Below are positions 35,938 through 46,645 of a stretch of 64,000 bases of DNA, piece by piece. Made by a program: the position numbers and the translations under genes. Under the pieces are notes generated by a model. The model saw nothing but the letters and a program-made list of their open reading frames with translations. It did no database searches and was not told where the DNA came from. The DNA comes from a virus (Duplodnaviria > Caudoviricetes): positions 96,001 through 160,000 of the IMG/VR virus record IMGVR_UViG_3300029305_005185; one strand, written 5' to 3'. The first letter of the stretch is position 1, and every line of letters starts with the position of its first letter.

Positions 35938-37668
35938 AGGATATATTGAATGTCCAGGATGCGGGCGTACTATGGGACGCTTACCCGCGGAATATATCAA
36001 TGAATTGAATAGATATGAAGTTAGGCTTTTTTGCCCTTGTGGTTGGATGAGTCCTATTGGATGGGGTGCCACGAGGGAAGAGGCTATTGATAAGGCTTTT
36101 ATAAAGGCTAAAATTCGTGTGGTGGAGAAGTGATTCTTCACCTTTTATTTTTTGACAAAAATAAAAATTTATTGTATAATATTTATGTAATAAGGAGTGA
36201 TAAATATGGTAGAAAAACTAAGTAGATTTGTAATTTCAACATTTGATTCTAAAGCAAAAAGGTATAAAGAAGTCGCTTCTTTTAGTAGTAAATTTGTTGC
36301 CAGATGGGAATATTTTTCAAAAATCGGTAACAAAGAATATACCAATCTTTGCCTAATTGATGCCGAAAAGGGTAAGGTGCTTCATAAGTATGGTGATGTA
36401 GATGAATGATTTTTGGAATGTTCCTGGCGAAGATATTAGTTATCGTAATTCAAATCTTGGCTGGCGACAATATCGCGTGAGTGCGGAAGACTTTTTTAAG
36501 TGGTCAGCACGCTTTAAACCCGAATGGACTTATGAAACAGAAGAATCTTCTTTTGATAAGAAGAAAATTACCTCTACATATTTCAAGCCCACAAAACAAA
36601 AAATTTTTTATAAGGTAGAAGATTATAGTGATATGATGTATAATCATATAACTATGGAATATAAACCTATTACAACTTTTCATGTAATTCCCATTATTGA
36701 AGATTACTGGCATATTATTGAGTGCGTTACCAACACTACCGCGGTAGGCGAACGAAAGGAAGAAGTCGGATGGTAAGTCTAGACAAAATCAAATGGCGTG
36801 AAGTAAGTGAAGAAGAATATGACCGTATTAGTAATCTTTTTGGATGTAATAACATGATGCTTCAAAAATGGCTTTTTACTGATAAAGCTATTTATCATTT
36901 GCCTGATAGTAATTTTGTTATTCTTCGTATTGATAGTCATTTCAATGGTGAAGAGGGTGATTGGCAAGATTTTTACGTTGCCGAACAGTATTATACTATT
37001 ATGGATATTCTTAAGGATGATGCTAATATGCTTTGCGTTCTTGGGCCTATGCTGATGAATGTGGAAGGATGAATTAAATATGAATAATGCTGTCAATTTG
37101 AATTATGTAAGTCATCGTGAATTTACTAGGGTAAAAGACCAGTTTCCTAAAGATTGTTTAAGTTATTATACTACTCGCTCTCTTATGGTTAGAACTCCCG
37201 ATGATGATAGTTCTTTTATTATTTGGCGATGGAAGGATGAACGGGAGAAATTGTTTGCTATTGAAGAAATATTGGTACCGGATAGTCGCGGCGGCTATGC
37301 AAAGAAGAAAGATTATATTGTTTGGCCCGAAGCATATAAACTTATTAAAGTAATGAATGCTATTCGTAAGGAGGTGCCTGCTAATGGGACTAGATGCGAT
37401 GGCATTAGTTGGTAATGTAAGCCATAGAAAATTTAATAAAGTTAAGGATGCTTTTGACCCACGATGGCTTGATAAAGTAGAATATAATGGTGATGATTGG
37501 GAAATGATGGTCTGGAAATATCGCTCAACAGGAGAGGAGTTATTTAGTATTGTTTGGCTAACTTCTGGTGATAGATATTTCTATGTATATTCGCGGGCAT
37601 ATAAATACCTAAAAATCATTGCTCAGGCTTTATATGGTGATTTTGCTTATGAAGGTTTGAAAATTTGA
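35924..37668 (+). other. Six small hypothetical ORFs (first is a Lar-like zinc ribbon)
   Basis: CPGCG..CPCG; promoter TTGACA 36152 / TATAAT 36175. Confidence 0.55.
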
Positions 37669-37726
37669 CATATACAAAAAATTGATATATAATATACTTG
37701 TAAGTTAAGGAAAGGAAAGAAAACAA

Positions 37727-38539
37727 ATGTCTAATCTTGCTATTGGCGACCGCGTGAAGGCTTATGAGAACTGCTACCGTAATTATCTTCCTAATGGTTT
37801 TGACGTAATCATCCGTGTAGATGGTCGCGCATTCCATACTTTTACAAAGAATTTCTACAAGCCCTTTGATACTCTATTTATGAAGTCCATGAAGGATACC
37901 GCCGCAGAACTGTGTAAGGAAATTCAGGGCGTAAAGTTTGCTTATGTTCAGTCTGATGAAATTTCTCTGTGGTTGAATTATGATTATGAAAATGGTGAAC
38001 AGCCTTGGTTTGGCAATAACATTCAGAAGATGGTAAGTGTTTCTGCTAGTATTGCTACGCTTGCGTTTAATCGCGCTTTTAATACTCATGTTTGTGAATT
38101 TTTAACTGATGTTGTTGGCGATGAGTATAAGAATAGTGTTCATTTTGAACAGTATTTGACTTATGATAATAATATTGACACCGCCACTTTTGACTCTCGT
38201 GTCTTCATCCTTCCCCATGAGGAAGTTGCCAACTATTTCCTGTGGCGTACTAAGGATATGGAGCGCAACAGCATTCAGATGGTAGCACGTTCTCTGTATT
38301 CTCACAAGGAACTCGTAGGTAAGAAATCTGCTGATCTTCACGAACTTATTTACCAGAAGGGTCAGAATTGGAACAACTATCCTGGTGATATGAAGCACGG
38401 CACGGTTATTGTAAAGCACATTCATTCTGTTGGCGATGCTTGGCGTACTAAGTGGGGTCCGATGGATGATGCCATGTTCCCGAGTAGCACTTATGAGAGT
38501 TGGAATACGTTTGTTAATCGTTTTGTAGAAAAGGAGTAA
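37727..38539 (+). CDS. tRNA(His) guanylyltransferase Thg1-like protein
   Basis: IRVDGRAFHTFT, YVQSDEISL, FDSRVF, NYFLWR..D..RNS; promoter 37665-37693. Confidence 0.93.
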   Translation: MSNLAIGDRVKAYENCYRNYLPNGFDVIIRVDGRAFHTFTKNFYKPFDTLFMKSMKDTAAELCKEIQGVKFAYVQSDEISLWLNYDYENGEQPWFGNNIQKMVSVSASIATLAFNRAFNTHVCEFLTDVVGDEYKNSVHFEQYLTYDNNIDTATFDSRVFILPHEEVANYFLWRTKDMERNSIQMVARSLYSHKELVGKKSADLHELIYQKGQNWNNYPGDMKHGTVIVKHIHSVGDAWRTKWGPMDDAMFPSSTYESWNTFVNRFVEKE

Positions 38540-38541
38540 GT

Positions 38542-38883
38542 ATGATTCCTGATATTAACGAACTTCGCAGAATAACTGAAGAAGCAAATGAAGTAGATAT
38601 TGCTTCTTATATGGATAAGGCTCGTAATGGAATTGTAAATGGTATCTGGCAGGATGCTAAGAATGGTTTGAAATATCATATTCATGTTTGGGGTCTTGAA
38701 GGTAAGAGTGGGTATACCGAAGGAGTAAGAGGCACTGAGAACTTTAAAGAGGCTATTAGACGCCTTAAGAAAGAATTTGAGGAAGCCGGCTATCAGTTCA
38801 AGATTAACATGAAGGATAGAGGTTTTTCTACTTCTGTTATAGAAAATGTACATATTTCTTGGTATAAATTTGACAAAGAATAA
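38542..38883 (+). CDS. Hypothetical protein
   Basis: ORF with SD AAGGAG. Confidence 0.6.
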   Translation: MIPDINELRRITEEANEVDIASYMDKARNGIVNGIWQDAKNGLKYHIHVWGLEGKSGYTEGVRGTENFKEAIRRLKKEFEEAGYQFKINMKDRGFSTSVIENVHISWYKFDKE

Positions 38884-38931
38884 ATTTTAATATATAATAT
38901 ATATATAAAATAAAGAAAGGATATTTATTTT

Positions 38932-39612
38932 ATGCGATTTATTTTGCCTCGTTTCTTCATCAACTGTGAGCGTTGGAAGTGGAATGACGACCTTCGTGTA
39001 TTTGTATCCACTTTTGGGCATATCAAGGATGAACACAAAAAGAATGTAGCCCCTAAAATCAATGATAGTGGTTACTTTGTCGTGCGAGTCAAAGATAAAT
39101 GGATTTCCGTCCATCGTCTTGTTTTGCTTACTTGGCGCCCCATTCCCAATGATGGCGAGCCTATGACAGTTGATCATTTAGATTCTAATCGCCGCAACAA
39201 TCGTCTTGATAATCTTGAATGGGTTAGTCAAGGCGAAAATTTGCGGCGTGCGAACGAAATGCTTTGTAAGAATAAAGAGGCAAATGCCGCGGAAGTGAAG
39301 CCTATTGTGCCTACTGTTCTTAATTCTGGTAATCCCGTTACTTGGGCTAATCTTGAAGAAAAGACTGGTTTGAAGCGTAACGATGATAAATCTTATCCCG
39401 AAGGTTTGATGGATGAAATTTATAAACTTTATCAGAATGGTACAGTTATGATTTTTAAGGGTAATTCTAATGCTCAACTTGATAACCAGTGGCTTATGAA
39501 GCAAATTGGTAACCAGTCTAACCCCAAGACAATGGTTGAACGTTTTTTGAAGGCTTCGCTTAATAAAACAGGTTCGTATCTTGGTGTAAAACCTCGTATG
39601 TATTGGGCTTAA
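38932..39612 (+). CDS. HNH endonuclease
   Basis: VHRLV...TVDHLDSNRRNNRLDNLEWVSQGEN; promoter 38870-38898. Confidence 0.85.
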   Translation: MRFILPRFFINCERWKWNDDLRVFVSTFGHIKDEHKKNVAPKINDSGYFVVRVKDKWISVHRLVLLTWRPIPNDGEPMTVDHLDSNRRNNRLDNLEWVSQGENLRRANEMLCKNKEANAAEVKPIVPTVLNSGNPVTWANLEEKTGLKRNDDKSYPEGLMDEIYKLYQNGTVMIFKGNSNAQLDNQWLMKQIGNQSNPKTMVERFLKASLNKTGSYLGVKPRMYWA

Positions 39613-39683
39613 AAAAATTTGACAAATACAAAAAACTGATATATAATATATATGTAAGATAAAGAAAGGGAGGAAATTCCTCA

Positions 39684-40268
39684 ATGTTTGATTCTAATAA
39701 TTTTATGGGTAAGATGTTTGGCAAGGTTGGCTCCGGTATGGTTCGTATGTCCATGAATGGTGATATGGCTATTAAGACTTCTAATGGTTATAAGACTTAT
39801 GATGCTGAGTCCGGCGCTCTTGTAAACTGTGATAATTTCGTTTTTGATATTGGTTCTGAAATGTTCTTCCTGATTCCTACCAATAAGGTTCAGAAGGGCG
39901 ATATTATTCTTGCCAGTGGCAAGCCCCATTGTGTAATTGGCGCTGAAAAGAACCGTATTGAGGCTCTGCGCTATGAGGACGGTAGTATTGTAAATATTGT
40001 ACCCGAGCGTCATGTTTTCATGGGACAGACCTACTTCTATGGCAAGATTGTTTCTATGTTCGGCAACATGAAGGGCAAGGGCATGAACTCCATGATGAAG
40101 TACATGATGATGTCCGAAATGATGAAGGGTAAGAATGACGCAATGTCCAATATGCTTCCCATGATGTTTCTCATGGGTAATGGCGGCGGCAACATGGATA
40201 ACATGTTTGAGGGCATGTTTGACCTTGGCGTGGATGACGTTGAAACCGAGACTGAGGAGAAGGAATAA
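39684..40268 (+). CDS. Hypothetical protein with Met-rich C-terminus
   Basis: SD GGGAGG; promoter 39619-39647. Confidence 0.8.
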   Translation: MFDSNNFMGKMFGKVGSGMVRMSMNGDMAIKTSNGYKTYDAESGALVNCDNFVFDIGSEMFFLIPTNKVQKGDIILASGKPHCVIGAEKNRIEALRYEDGSIVNIVPERHVFMGQTYFYGKIVSMFGNMKGKGMNSMMKYMMMSEMMKGKNDAMSNMLPMMFLMGNGGGNMDNMFEGMFDLGVDDVETETEEKE

Positions 40269-40306
40269 TTCCTTCTCTTTGTGATATGAAAGTGAGGTAA
40301 TTAGTT

Positions 40307-41176
40307 TTGGGTGGCGGAAGTTGGACTAGTAGTTCCTATTATGATAGAATGGCATCCCGTGGTATTACTGATGTTGACTCCATTATGAGTATGGATACAA
40401 CGCAGTATTACGAATCTCGCAGTTTGTCCCCTATTCTCAATCCTAAGAATGTAACTCGTGAATGTTGTGATAGCGATGAGCATCCCAACACCATTCCTGT
40501 TATTCTTGCCCTTGACGTTACTGGCTCCATGGGAGCCGCGGCAAAGGCTTGTGCTGCGAAGTTGAATGAGATTATGACTTCGCTTTATGAGAAGGTAAAA
40601 GATATCCAGTTTATGACTATGGCCATTGGTGACTTTGCTTATGACCGTGCTCCTTTGCAGGTAAGCCAGTATGAAAGTGACATTCGTATTCTGGAACAGA
40701 TGGACCAGATTTATTTTGAAGGTGGCGGTGGTGGTAACGATTTTGAATCTTATACTGCCGCGTGGTATTTTGCTCTAAGGCATACCAAACTTGATTGCCA
40801 TAACCGTGGCAAGAAGGGTATTATTATCACCCTTGGCGATGAACCTCTTAATCCCTATCTTCCTCGTGGTGTGGTAGAAAGCGTTATTGGTGATAAGTTG
40901 CAGGGCGATGTAGATACTCAGGATTTGTATCGTGAAGTAACTGAAAAGTTTGATGTATATCATATTTCTGTAGATGATAGTGATTCTTCTTACAAGTGGC
41001 ATAAGATTAATGCCGATACCACTTGGAAGCGTGTTATTGGCGAAAACTACAAGGTAAGTACTCTACAGAATCTTGCTAAGACTATTAGTGATATTATTGT
41101 TAATTCCGCAGCGGAATATGAATTTGTTGAGGTTGGTTCCGCTCATGTTGATAGTGACGGTAATATTAGTTGGTAA
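40307..41176 (+). CDS. vWA-domain protein
   Basis: MIDAS LDVTGSM, GGGGNDFESY, ITLGDE. Confidence 0.85.
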   Translation: MGGGSWTSSSYYDRMASRGITDVDSIMSMDTTQYYESRSLSPILNPKNVTRECCDSDEHPNTIPVILALDVTGSMGAAAKACAAKLNEIMTSLYEKVKDIQFMTMAIGDFAYDRAPLQVSQYESDIRILEQMDQIYFEGGGGGNDFESYTAAWYFALRHTKLDCHNRGKKGIIITLGDEPLNPYLPRGVVESVIGDKLQGDVDTQDLYREVTEKFDVYHISVDDSDSSYKWHKINADTTWKRVIGENYKVSTLQNLAKTISDIIVNSAAEYEFVEVGSAHVDSDGNISW

Positions 41177-41192
41177 TATGAAAGGATAAATT

Positions 41193-42275
41193 ATGAAAGA
41201 AATTAAAGTAGTAACTGGTGCCGGTTATGGTGATGAAGGAAAAGGACTTGTATCTTATGCTCTTGCTCATGAAGCAGTAAATAAGGGTAATAAGGTTCTT
41301 ACTGTACTCGCAAACGGAACCATTCAGCGCGCTCATACGGTAAATGACCGTATTTTGCATTGTATTGGTGCTGGCGATTTGGTTGGCGGCGCCACTTACT
41401 ACTGGCCTTCTTTCGTAATTGACCCTATTGCTTTGTGGATTACTGAGTCCAAAGTAATCTATCATCCCAATTGTCGTATTATTACGCCTTGGGATGTTAT
41501 GGAAAATCGTCGCAAAGAAATTGCTCGTGGTGAAGCACGCCATGGTTCTTGTGGTTTTGGGTTGTTTGAAACTGTAAAAAGACACCTTACGATTGCATTG
41601 AATGCGAAAGATTTGTCTTGGGCTTGGACGTTATATGAAAAATTGAATAAAATTAAAGAACATTATGGTGCGGAAGCGGATGAAGATGAAGTTTACAATA
41701 TCCATAACTTCCATCTTGCCGTAGATTGGATGATGAAAAATTGTAAGTGTGCCACTTTGGCAGAAATTGAAAATGACTTTGAAACTGTTATCTTTGAAAA
41801 CGGACAAGGCTTGCGTTTGGACCAGTCACGTATTAATGAAACTCATCATCTTACTCCGTCTTCCGTAGGTAGTTTTAACATTGCTAGTTGGATTAATTCC
41901 GCCAATGTTGAAAAGAAAGATGTATACTATGTAAGTCGTACTTATCTTACTCGTCATGGCGCCGGCGAACTTCCTACTGAATGCCGTCGTGAAGATATCA
42001 ATCCTAATATCGTGGATAAGACTAATATGCCCAATGAATGGCAGGGTAGTCTGCGGTTTGGTTGGCTTGATATGGATACTATGGAAAAAGATATTGTGAA
42101 AGACTTTGCTCGTTATAATGGGGCTACATCTAATCTGGTGTATACGCAGTTGAATTACACCGGTGGACAGTTGGCTATTGGTGAAGGAAAGTATCTTGAA
42201 ATTGTTAAGCCTACGTTTATCAATGGTAATGTTTTTGGTAGTGAAACCAAAGATAGTATGTTTAAGATGATTTAA
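41193..42275 (+). CDS. Divergent adenylosuccinate synthetase (PurA)-like protein
   Basis: GAGYGDEGKG, HGSCGFG, FENGQG, RTYLTRHGAG, R.GWLD. Confidence 0.85.
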   Translation: MKEIKVVTGAGYGDEGKGLVSYALAHEAVNKGNKVLTVLANGTIQRAHTVNDRILHCIGAGDLVGGATYYWPSFVIDPIALWITESKVIYHPNCRIITPWDVMENRRKEIARGEARHGSCGFGLFETVKRHLTIALNAKDLSWAWTLYEKLNKIKEHYGAEADEDEVYNIHNFHLAVDWMMKNCKCATLAEIENDFETVIFENGQGLRLDQSRINETHHLTPSSVGSFNIASWINSANVEKKDVYYVSRTYLTRHGAGELPTECRREDINPNIVDKTNMPNEWQGSLRFGWLDMDTMEKDIVKDFARYNGATSNLVYTQLNYTGGQLAIGEGKYLEIVKPTFINGNVFGSETKDSMFKMI

Positions 42276-42382
42276 ATGAAATATATTATAATAACAATAC
42301 TTTTTATTATAGCAATAGCAATATCATTTTATTGTTATAGTAAAGACGATAATACTTATTCATAACGAAAGGAAAATAACTA

Positions 42383-42514
42383 ATGTCTAACTCTACTATT
42401 CTTGCTATGCTACGATATCGTGAATCTCTCCTTCTTTCTCGCGATGAGGCTATGAATGCTAATCTGCTACGAAAGATTCGGCGAAATATTCGCAAGTATG
42501 AGGCCCTCGTTTGA
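42383..42514 (+). CDS. Small basic protein (43 aa)
   Basis: SD AAAGGA; MSNSTILAMLRYRESLLLSRDEAMNANLLRKIRRNIRKYEALV; terminator overlaps stop. Confidence 0.55.
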   Translation: MSNSTILAMLRYRESLLLSRDEAMNANLLRKIRRNIRKYEALV

Positions 42515-42578
42515 GGGCTTATTTTTTTGACAAAAATAAAAATTTATTATATAATATATTAGAAAGTGAGGGAAAGAT

Positions 42579-43100
42579 ATGATTTATATTATTGGTGATA
42601 CTCATTTCGGAGAGGAACATATCTTTAAGATGTGTACTAGTTGGCATAAAGATTTTGACACCTGTGAAGAAAAAGATGAAACTATTATTGATTTATGGAA
42701 TGAATTTGTTACAAACGCCGATACTGTTATTGTCGCTGGTGATTTCGGTGACCCCAGCTATGCTGGCCGTTTGAATGGTAAGAAAATTCTTATTATGGGT
42801 AATCATGATTGGGAATGGTGGAACAAAGTGGGTAAGCATGAATATGAACATTTTGAGCATGTATGTCCTTATCCCACTATGATTGAAAATTTTTATCTCA
42901 TCAGTCATGAACCACAATATGTTTCTCCCAACGGAGTGATTGCTAATATTTTCGCACATGTTCATGATAATCCTAATTATAAAAATGTAAGTTCGCGTGG
43001 TTATTGTGTATCCGCGGAGCGTATTGATTGGTCCCCTATTTTGTTAGATTCTATTATTGAAGAAATGAAAATGGAGGAAAAAGCTAATGGGAATTTTTAA
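42579..43100 (+). CDS. Calcineurin-like metallophosphoesterase
   Basis: GDTHF, AGDF, GNHD, SHEP, AHVH; promoter 42527-42555. Confidence 0.88.
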   Translation: MIYIIGDTHFGEEHIFKMCTSWHKDFDTCEEKDETIIDLWNEFVTNADTVIVAGDFGDPSYAGRLNGKKILIMGNHDWEWWNKVGKHEYEHFEHVCPYPTMIENFYLISHEPQYVSPNGVIANIFAHVHDNPNYKNVSSRGYCVSAERIDWSPILLDSIIEEMKMEEKANGNF

Positions 43101-43750
43101 TGATGATATGTGTATTCACAACAATAACGGAGTTTGCGCTTTGAATCTATCTCAGTTGGCTTGGGAAAATAAGTTGCTTAAAGAAGAAAATGAAAAATTG
43201 AAAAAAGAAATTGAAGAACTTAAGAAAAGGAGTAAATAAATATGTTTTGGTTTATTATTGGCGCTGGTTTAGGTTTTTATTGTGGCATTTGGGGAACGCT
43301 AAAGATTATTCATATGACCTATCCTCATATTTATCGCGAGTTTGAAAATGGCGATTGGAAGATAAAGTATTACAATGCTAAAGCCAAGGCCGCGGAAGAA
43401 GAGGATGAGATTCTGTGAAGAGTTTTATTTGGTTTTTGATTGGCATAGTATTTGGTTGGGTAATTATTGCTTCTATGTTCCCAAGTGTTGGCGAAGCTAT
43501 GTTAGAAGAAGGTTTCCTTCCGGCTGTTGCTGGTATTGTGAAGGGTTGGTTTATTAAATGAAGATTGATTGGAAAATTCTAAAAACAAGTATTTGGGAAA
43601 CATTTTATAAAAGTCTAATTTTCATAGGACTAATTGCTCTGGCTCTTGGTCCTATCCCTCTTGGACTTTTTGTGTCTCCCTGGTTTCTTCTAATTTATCC
43701 TATTGTTTTCTTTTGTGAAGAAGTAAGAGAAGCTTATGAAAGAAAAGTAT

Positions 43751-44323
43751 ATGAATCAGAATCGGAAGCCAAATATCAAGATTAAGAATATTTTTCGTCA
43801 TCTTAAAACTATTCGCACCCATCGTAAATGGGTAAAACACTATTGTTTCCAGTTAGGTCTTTACCGTCAAGGTTGGCTTCATGATTTAAGTAAATATTCT
43901 CCCACTGAATTTTGGGAAAGTGTTCGTTATTATCAGGGCACCAGTTCTCCTATTGATGCTTCCAAGAAAGCAAATGGTTATTCTCCCGCTTGGTTCCACC
44001 ACCGTGGTCGCAATCTTCATCACAATGTTTGCTGGATTGATAATATCAATGAAGGGGTTAAACCAGTTCGCATGCCGTTTGATTATGTATGCGAAATGAT
44101 TTGCGATTGGATGGCAGCAGGACGCGCGTATATGGGAGATGATTTTTCTTATGCTAAAGAATATGATTGGTATAGAAAGCGCACTTTCTTTCTTCATCCT
44201 CATACCAAGCGTTTGGTAGATGAAATTATGACATTTATTGTTCGTTTTGGCGATGATGCTTTTAGTTATGGTCTTTGGGAAGATATGATGGAAGAATTTT
44301 ATATTGATGAGGAAAACTTCTAA
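43751..44323 (+). CDS. DUF5662-like (HD-related) protein
   Basis: HDLSKYSP.EF, WFHH.GRN.HH, EMICDW.AAG. Confidence 0.75.
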   Translation: MNQNRKPNIKIKNIFRHLKTIRTHRKWVKHYCFQLGLYRQGWLHDLSKYSPTEFWESVRYYQGTSSPIDASKKANGYSPAWFHHRGRNLHHNVCWIDNINEGVKPVRMPFDYVCEMICDWMAAGRAYMGDDFSYAKEYDWYRKRTFFLHPHTKRLVDEIMTFIVRFGDDAFSYGLWEDMMEEFYIDEENF

Positions 44324-44356
44324 TAGAAATATCATAAAAAGAATACCTATATTTAG

Positions 44357-44776
44357 ATGAATAAACACTTCTTTGATTTGGCTCGTGCTGAATCTTATAA
44401 GGCTACTTATAGTGGTTATTCCGCGGTGAAGATTGGTTGTGTAGTTGTGTATCATGGAACTATTCTTGCCCGCGGATGTAATAGTGATAAAAGTCACACT
44501 ACACAAAGTAGATATAACTATCTTAGATACAATGATAAACATTTAAATCATTATTATCATGCTTCCATACATGCAGAAATACAAGCCCTAAATAAAATAA
44601 AATATTTAGATATAGACTTTTCTAAGGTAGAAGTCTACGTATATCGTGGCTATAAAAATGGCGGAACTGCCATGGCTAGACCCTGCGCAAGTTGTATGGA
44701 ATTTATAAAAAGTTTGGGAATAAAAAATATTTATTATACTACACCTGATGGGTTTGCACACGAAAGGATAAAATAA
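44357..44776 (+). CDS. Zinc-dependent cytidine/dCMP deaminase-family protein
   Basis: HAEIQAL and ARPCASC zinc motifs. Confidence 0.85.
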   Translation: MNKHFFDLARAESYKATYSGYSAVKIGCVVVYHGTILARGCNSDKSHTTQSRYNYLRYNDKHLNHYYHASIHAEIQALNKIKYLDIDFSKVEVYVYRGYKNGGTAMARPCASCMEFIKSLGIKNIYYTTPDGFAHERIK

Positions 44777-44779
44777 ATT

Positions 44780-45316
44780 ATGACGCATGCTTCTCGTAAT
44801 ACTACTACTGGTTTAACTTTTGAAAGAAATACTCCTATTAATAAAATTTTTGATTTTTTGCCAAATAATAAAGTATTAATGTTTGCTAGTAATGCTGTTA
44901 TGGCAAAAGAAACTGGGATGTTAAATTGGCGCGATTATGTTGGAAATTTGCCAGGACTTACTTATGTTGGAGAAAGAAATGGTCGTCATCCAACTATTTG
45001 GAATAAAAATTACATTCCCGATGGTGCGATTATTTATAATAATACACTTTATATTATTGAAAAAAAATATCAACAGTGTGTAGGTACTGTTGATGAGAAG
45101 CTAACATCTGGTGATTTTCGAAGAACAATGTTTGAAAAATTATCAAAATATTTTCCCATTCAAATTAACAATGTAAAATATTTATTTATTTTGGGTGAAT
45201 GGTTTAAAGCAGACAAATATAAAGATTCTATTGAATATGTAAGAAATAAAGATTCAAATGTAGAATTTATGTTTTATGATGAAAAACCTCCTCGCAATTT
45301 TTTTGGAGTCGAATAA
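44780..45316 (+). CDS. PD-(D/E)xK nuclease, restriction-endonuclease-like
   Basis: IPDGAI...IIEKKYQ..GTVDEKL. Confidence 0.65.
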   Translation: MTHASRNTTTGLTFERNTPINKIFDFLPNNKVLMFASNAVMAKETGMLNWRDYVGNLPGLTYVGERNGRHPTIWNKNYIPDGAIIYNNTLYIIEKKYQQCVGTVDEKLTSGDFRRTMFEKLSKYFPIQINNVKYLFILGEWFKADKYKDSIEYVRNKDSNVEFMFYDEKPPRNFFGVE

Positions 45317-45319
45317 ATT

Positions 45320-45862
45320 ATGGCATTAAATGTTGGATACTTAAAAGCTAAAACTGACAAAGCTTCTGATGAAGTATATACTCCAGCTTATGCAGTTAAG
45401 CCAATTTTAAAATATATAGATAAAGGTAATAAAACTCAATATACTGTATGGTGTCCTTTTGATACTGAAGAAAGTGAATATGTAAAAATGATTCGTGCCG
45501 AAGGACATAAAGTAATTGTAAGTCATATTGATGAAGGTAAAAACTTTTTTTATTATGAACCAGAAGAACAGTATGATTGCATTATTTCAAATCCTCCATT
45601 TAGTCTTAAAGACGATATTATTAAACGACTTTATGAATTAAATAAACCTTATGCTATCCTTCTGCCAATTCCAGCTCTACAAGGACAAAAACGTTTTCCA
45701 TATATGAAAGATTGCCAAGCTTTATTATTTGATAAAAGAATTAATTATTATACCACACCTGAGCGAAAAGAAATCCAAAAAGGTGTAAGTTTTGGTTCTT
45801 TTTATCTTTGTAGAAATTTTTTACCTAATGATTTGATTTTTGAAGAACTAAATGTAAAATAA
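45320..45862 (+). CDS. Amino (N6-A/N4-C) DNA methyltransferase
   Basis: DEVYTP, VWCPFD, ISNPPFS motif IV. Confidence 0.85.
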   Translation: MALNVGYLKAKTDKASDEVYTPAYAVKPILKYIDKGNKTQYTVWCPFDTEESEYVKMIRAEGHKVIVSHIDEGKNFFYYEPEEQYDCIISNPPFSLKDDIIKRLYELNKPYAILLPIPALQGQKRFPYMKDCQALLFDKRINYYTTPERKEIQKGVSFGSFYLCRNFLPNDLIFEELNVK

Positions 45863-45889
45863 AAAAAATAAGGAAGCCTTATGGCTCCC

Positions 45890-46195
45890 TTACATTTTCT
45901 CCAATCGTTTCACAACACTAACTCTCCAATCTTCAAGTTCGTCAAGCATATGCTATACTAAACACCCCATTGGATCTTTTTCAACATGGATGTTTTCTTT
46001 TTCCATTAGGCTGTGAAACATTGTGTGAACTTCTTTGTATGATTTGGTAAGTCTTGTCATTGCTTCTGTTGCAAAATATTTTGCCACATCTGTCATTCCG
46101 CATTCTTTCGCATGACCGGCATATTCAAGAAGCATTTCAGAATCTTTTACATCATCATACATAATTTTATAAAAATATTTTAGTAGTTTAGACAT
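45890..46195 (-). CDS. Ferritin-like helical hypothetical protein; 1 TAG (45953)
   Basis: Reads CLV(Q)HMLDELEDWRVSVVKRLEKM to TAA at 45890. Confidence 0.65.
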
Positions 46196-46207
46196 CGCTC
46201 GCACCCC

Positions 46208-46627
46208 TTATCTGATTTTTACAATAGTTACTGCAACATTGGAGTATAAAGCTTCAATGCCAGTATTTCTAATAGTTAAAGTAGAAGGAACATTCCCATC
46301 TATTGCGCAACAATTTGGCAACACTTTTACAATAGTTTCAAAGCCTATATTATCAATTTCAGTTGTTGCGGTAGTAATAGTGGTTGTTGCTTCCGCTCCT
46401 TCATAAATTTCACCATTTACATATAATTGAGCTACTACATCTCCAGCTGCCGCGGCGGATACGTCACCATGGAAATGGACCAGGTAATAACCTGGTCCAT
46501 TCAAGCTAAAAGAACCGGTGCCCGCGGAGTGAGTAGAACAACGACCAGACACGACGCCATTGTCATCAAATAATATGGTGGCATTAACAGCAACTGTCTG
46601 GTCGCTTGTGGAGTAAGAATAAATCAT
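46208..46627 (-). CDS. BclA C-terminal/C1q-like beta-sandwich protein
   Basis: FSLNGPGYYLVHFHG, QLYVNG, VAVTIVKI. Confidence 0.6.
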   Translation of the reverse strand: MIYSYSTSDQTVAVNATILFDDNGVVSGRCSTHSAGTGSFSLNGPGYYLVHFHGDVSAAAAGDVVAQLYVNGEIYEGAEATTTITTATTEIDNIGFETIVKVLPNCCAIDGNVPSTLTIRNTGIEALYSNVAVTIVKIR

Positions 46628-46645
46628 AGCTTGCCACCTCCATTA

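Noticed and set aside
41193-42275. PurZ (diaminopurine DNA pathway)
   Set aside because: It retains the PurA-type Asp in GDEGKG rather than the PurZ Ser, and no clear DatZ/MazZ partners are adjacent.
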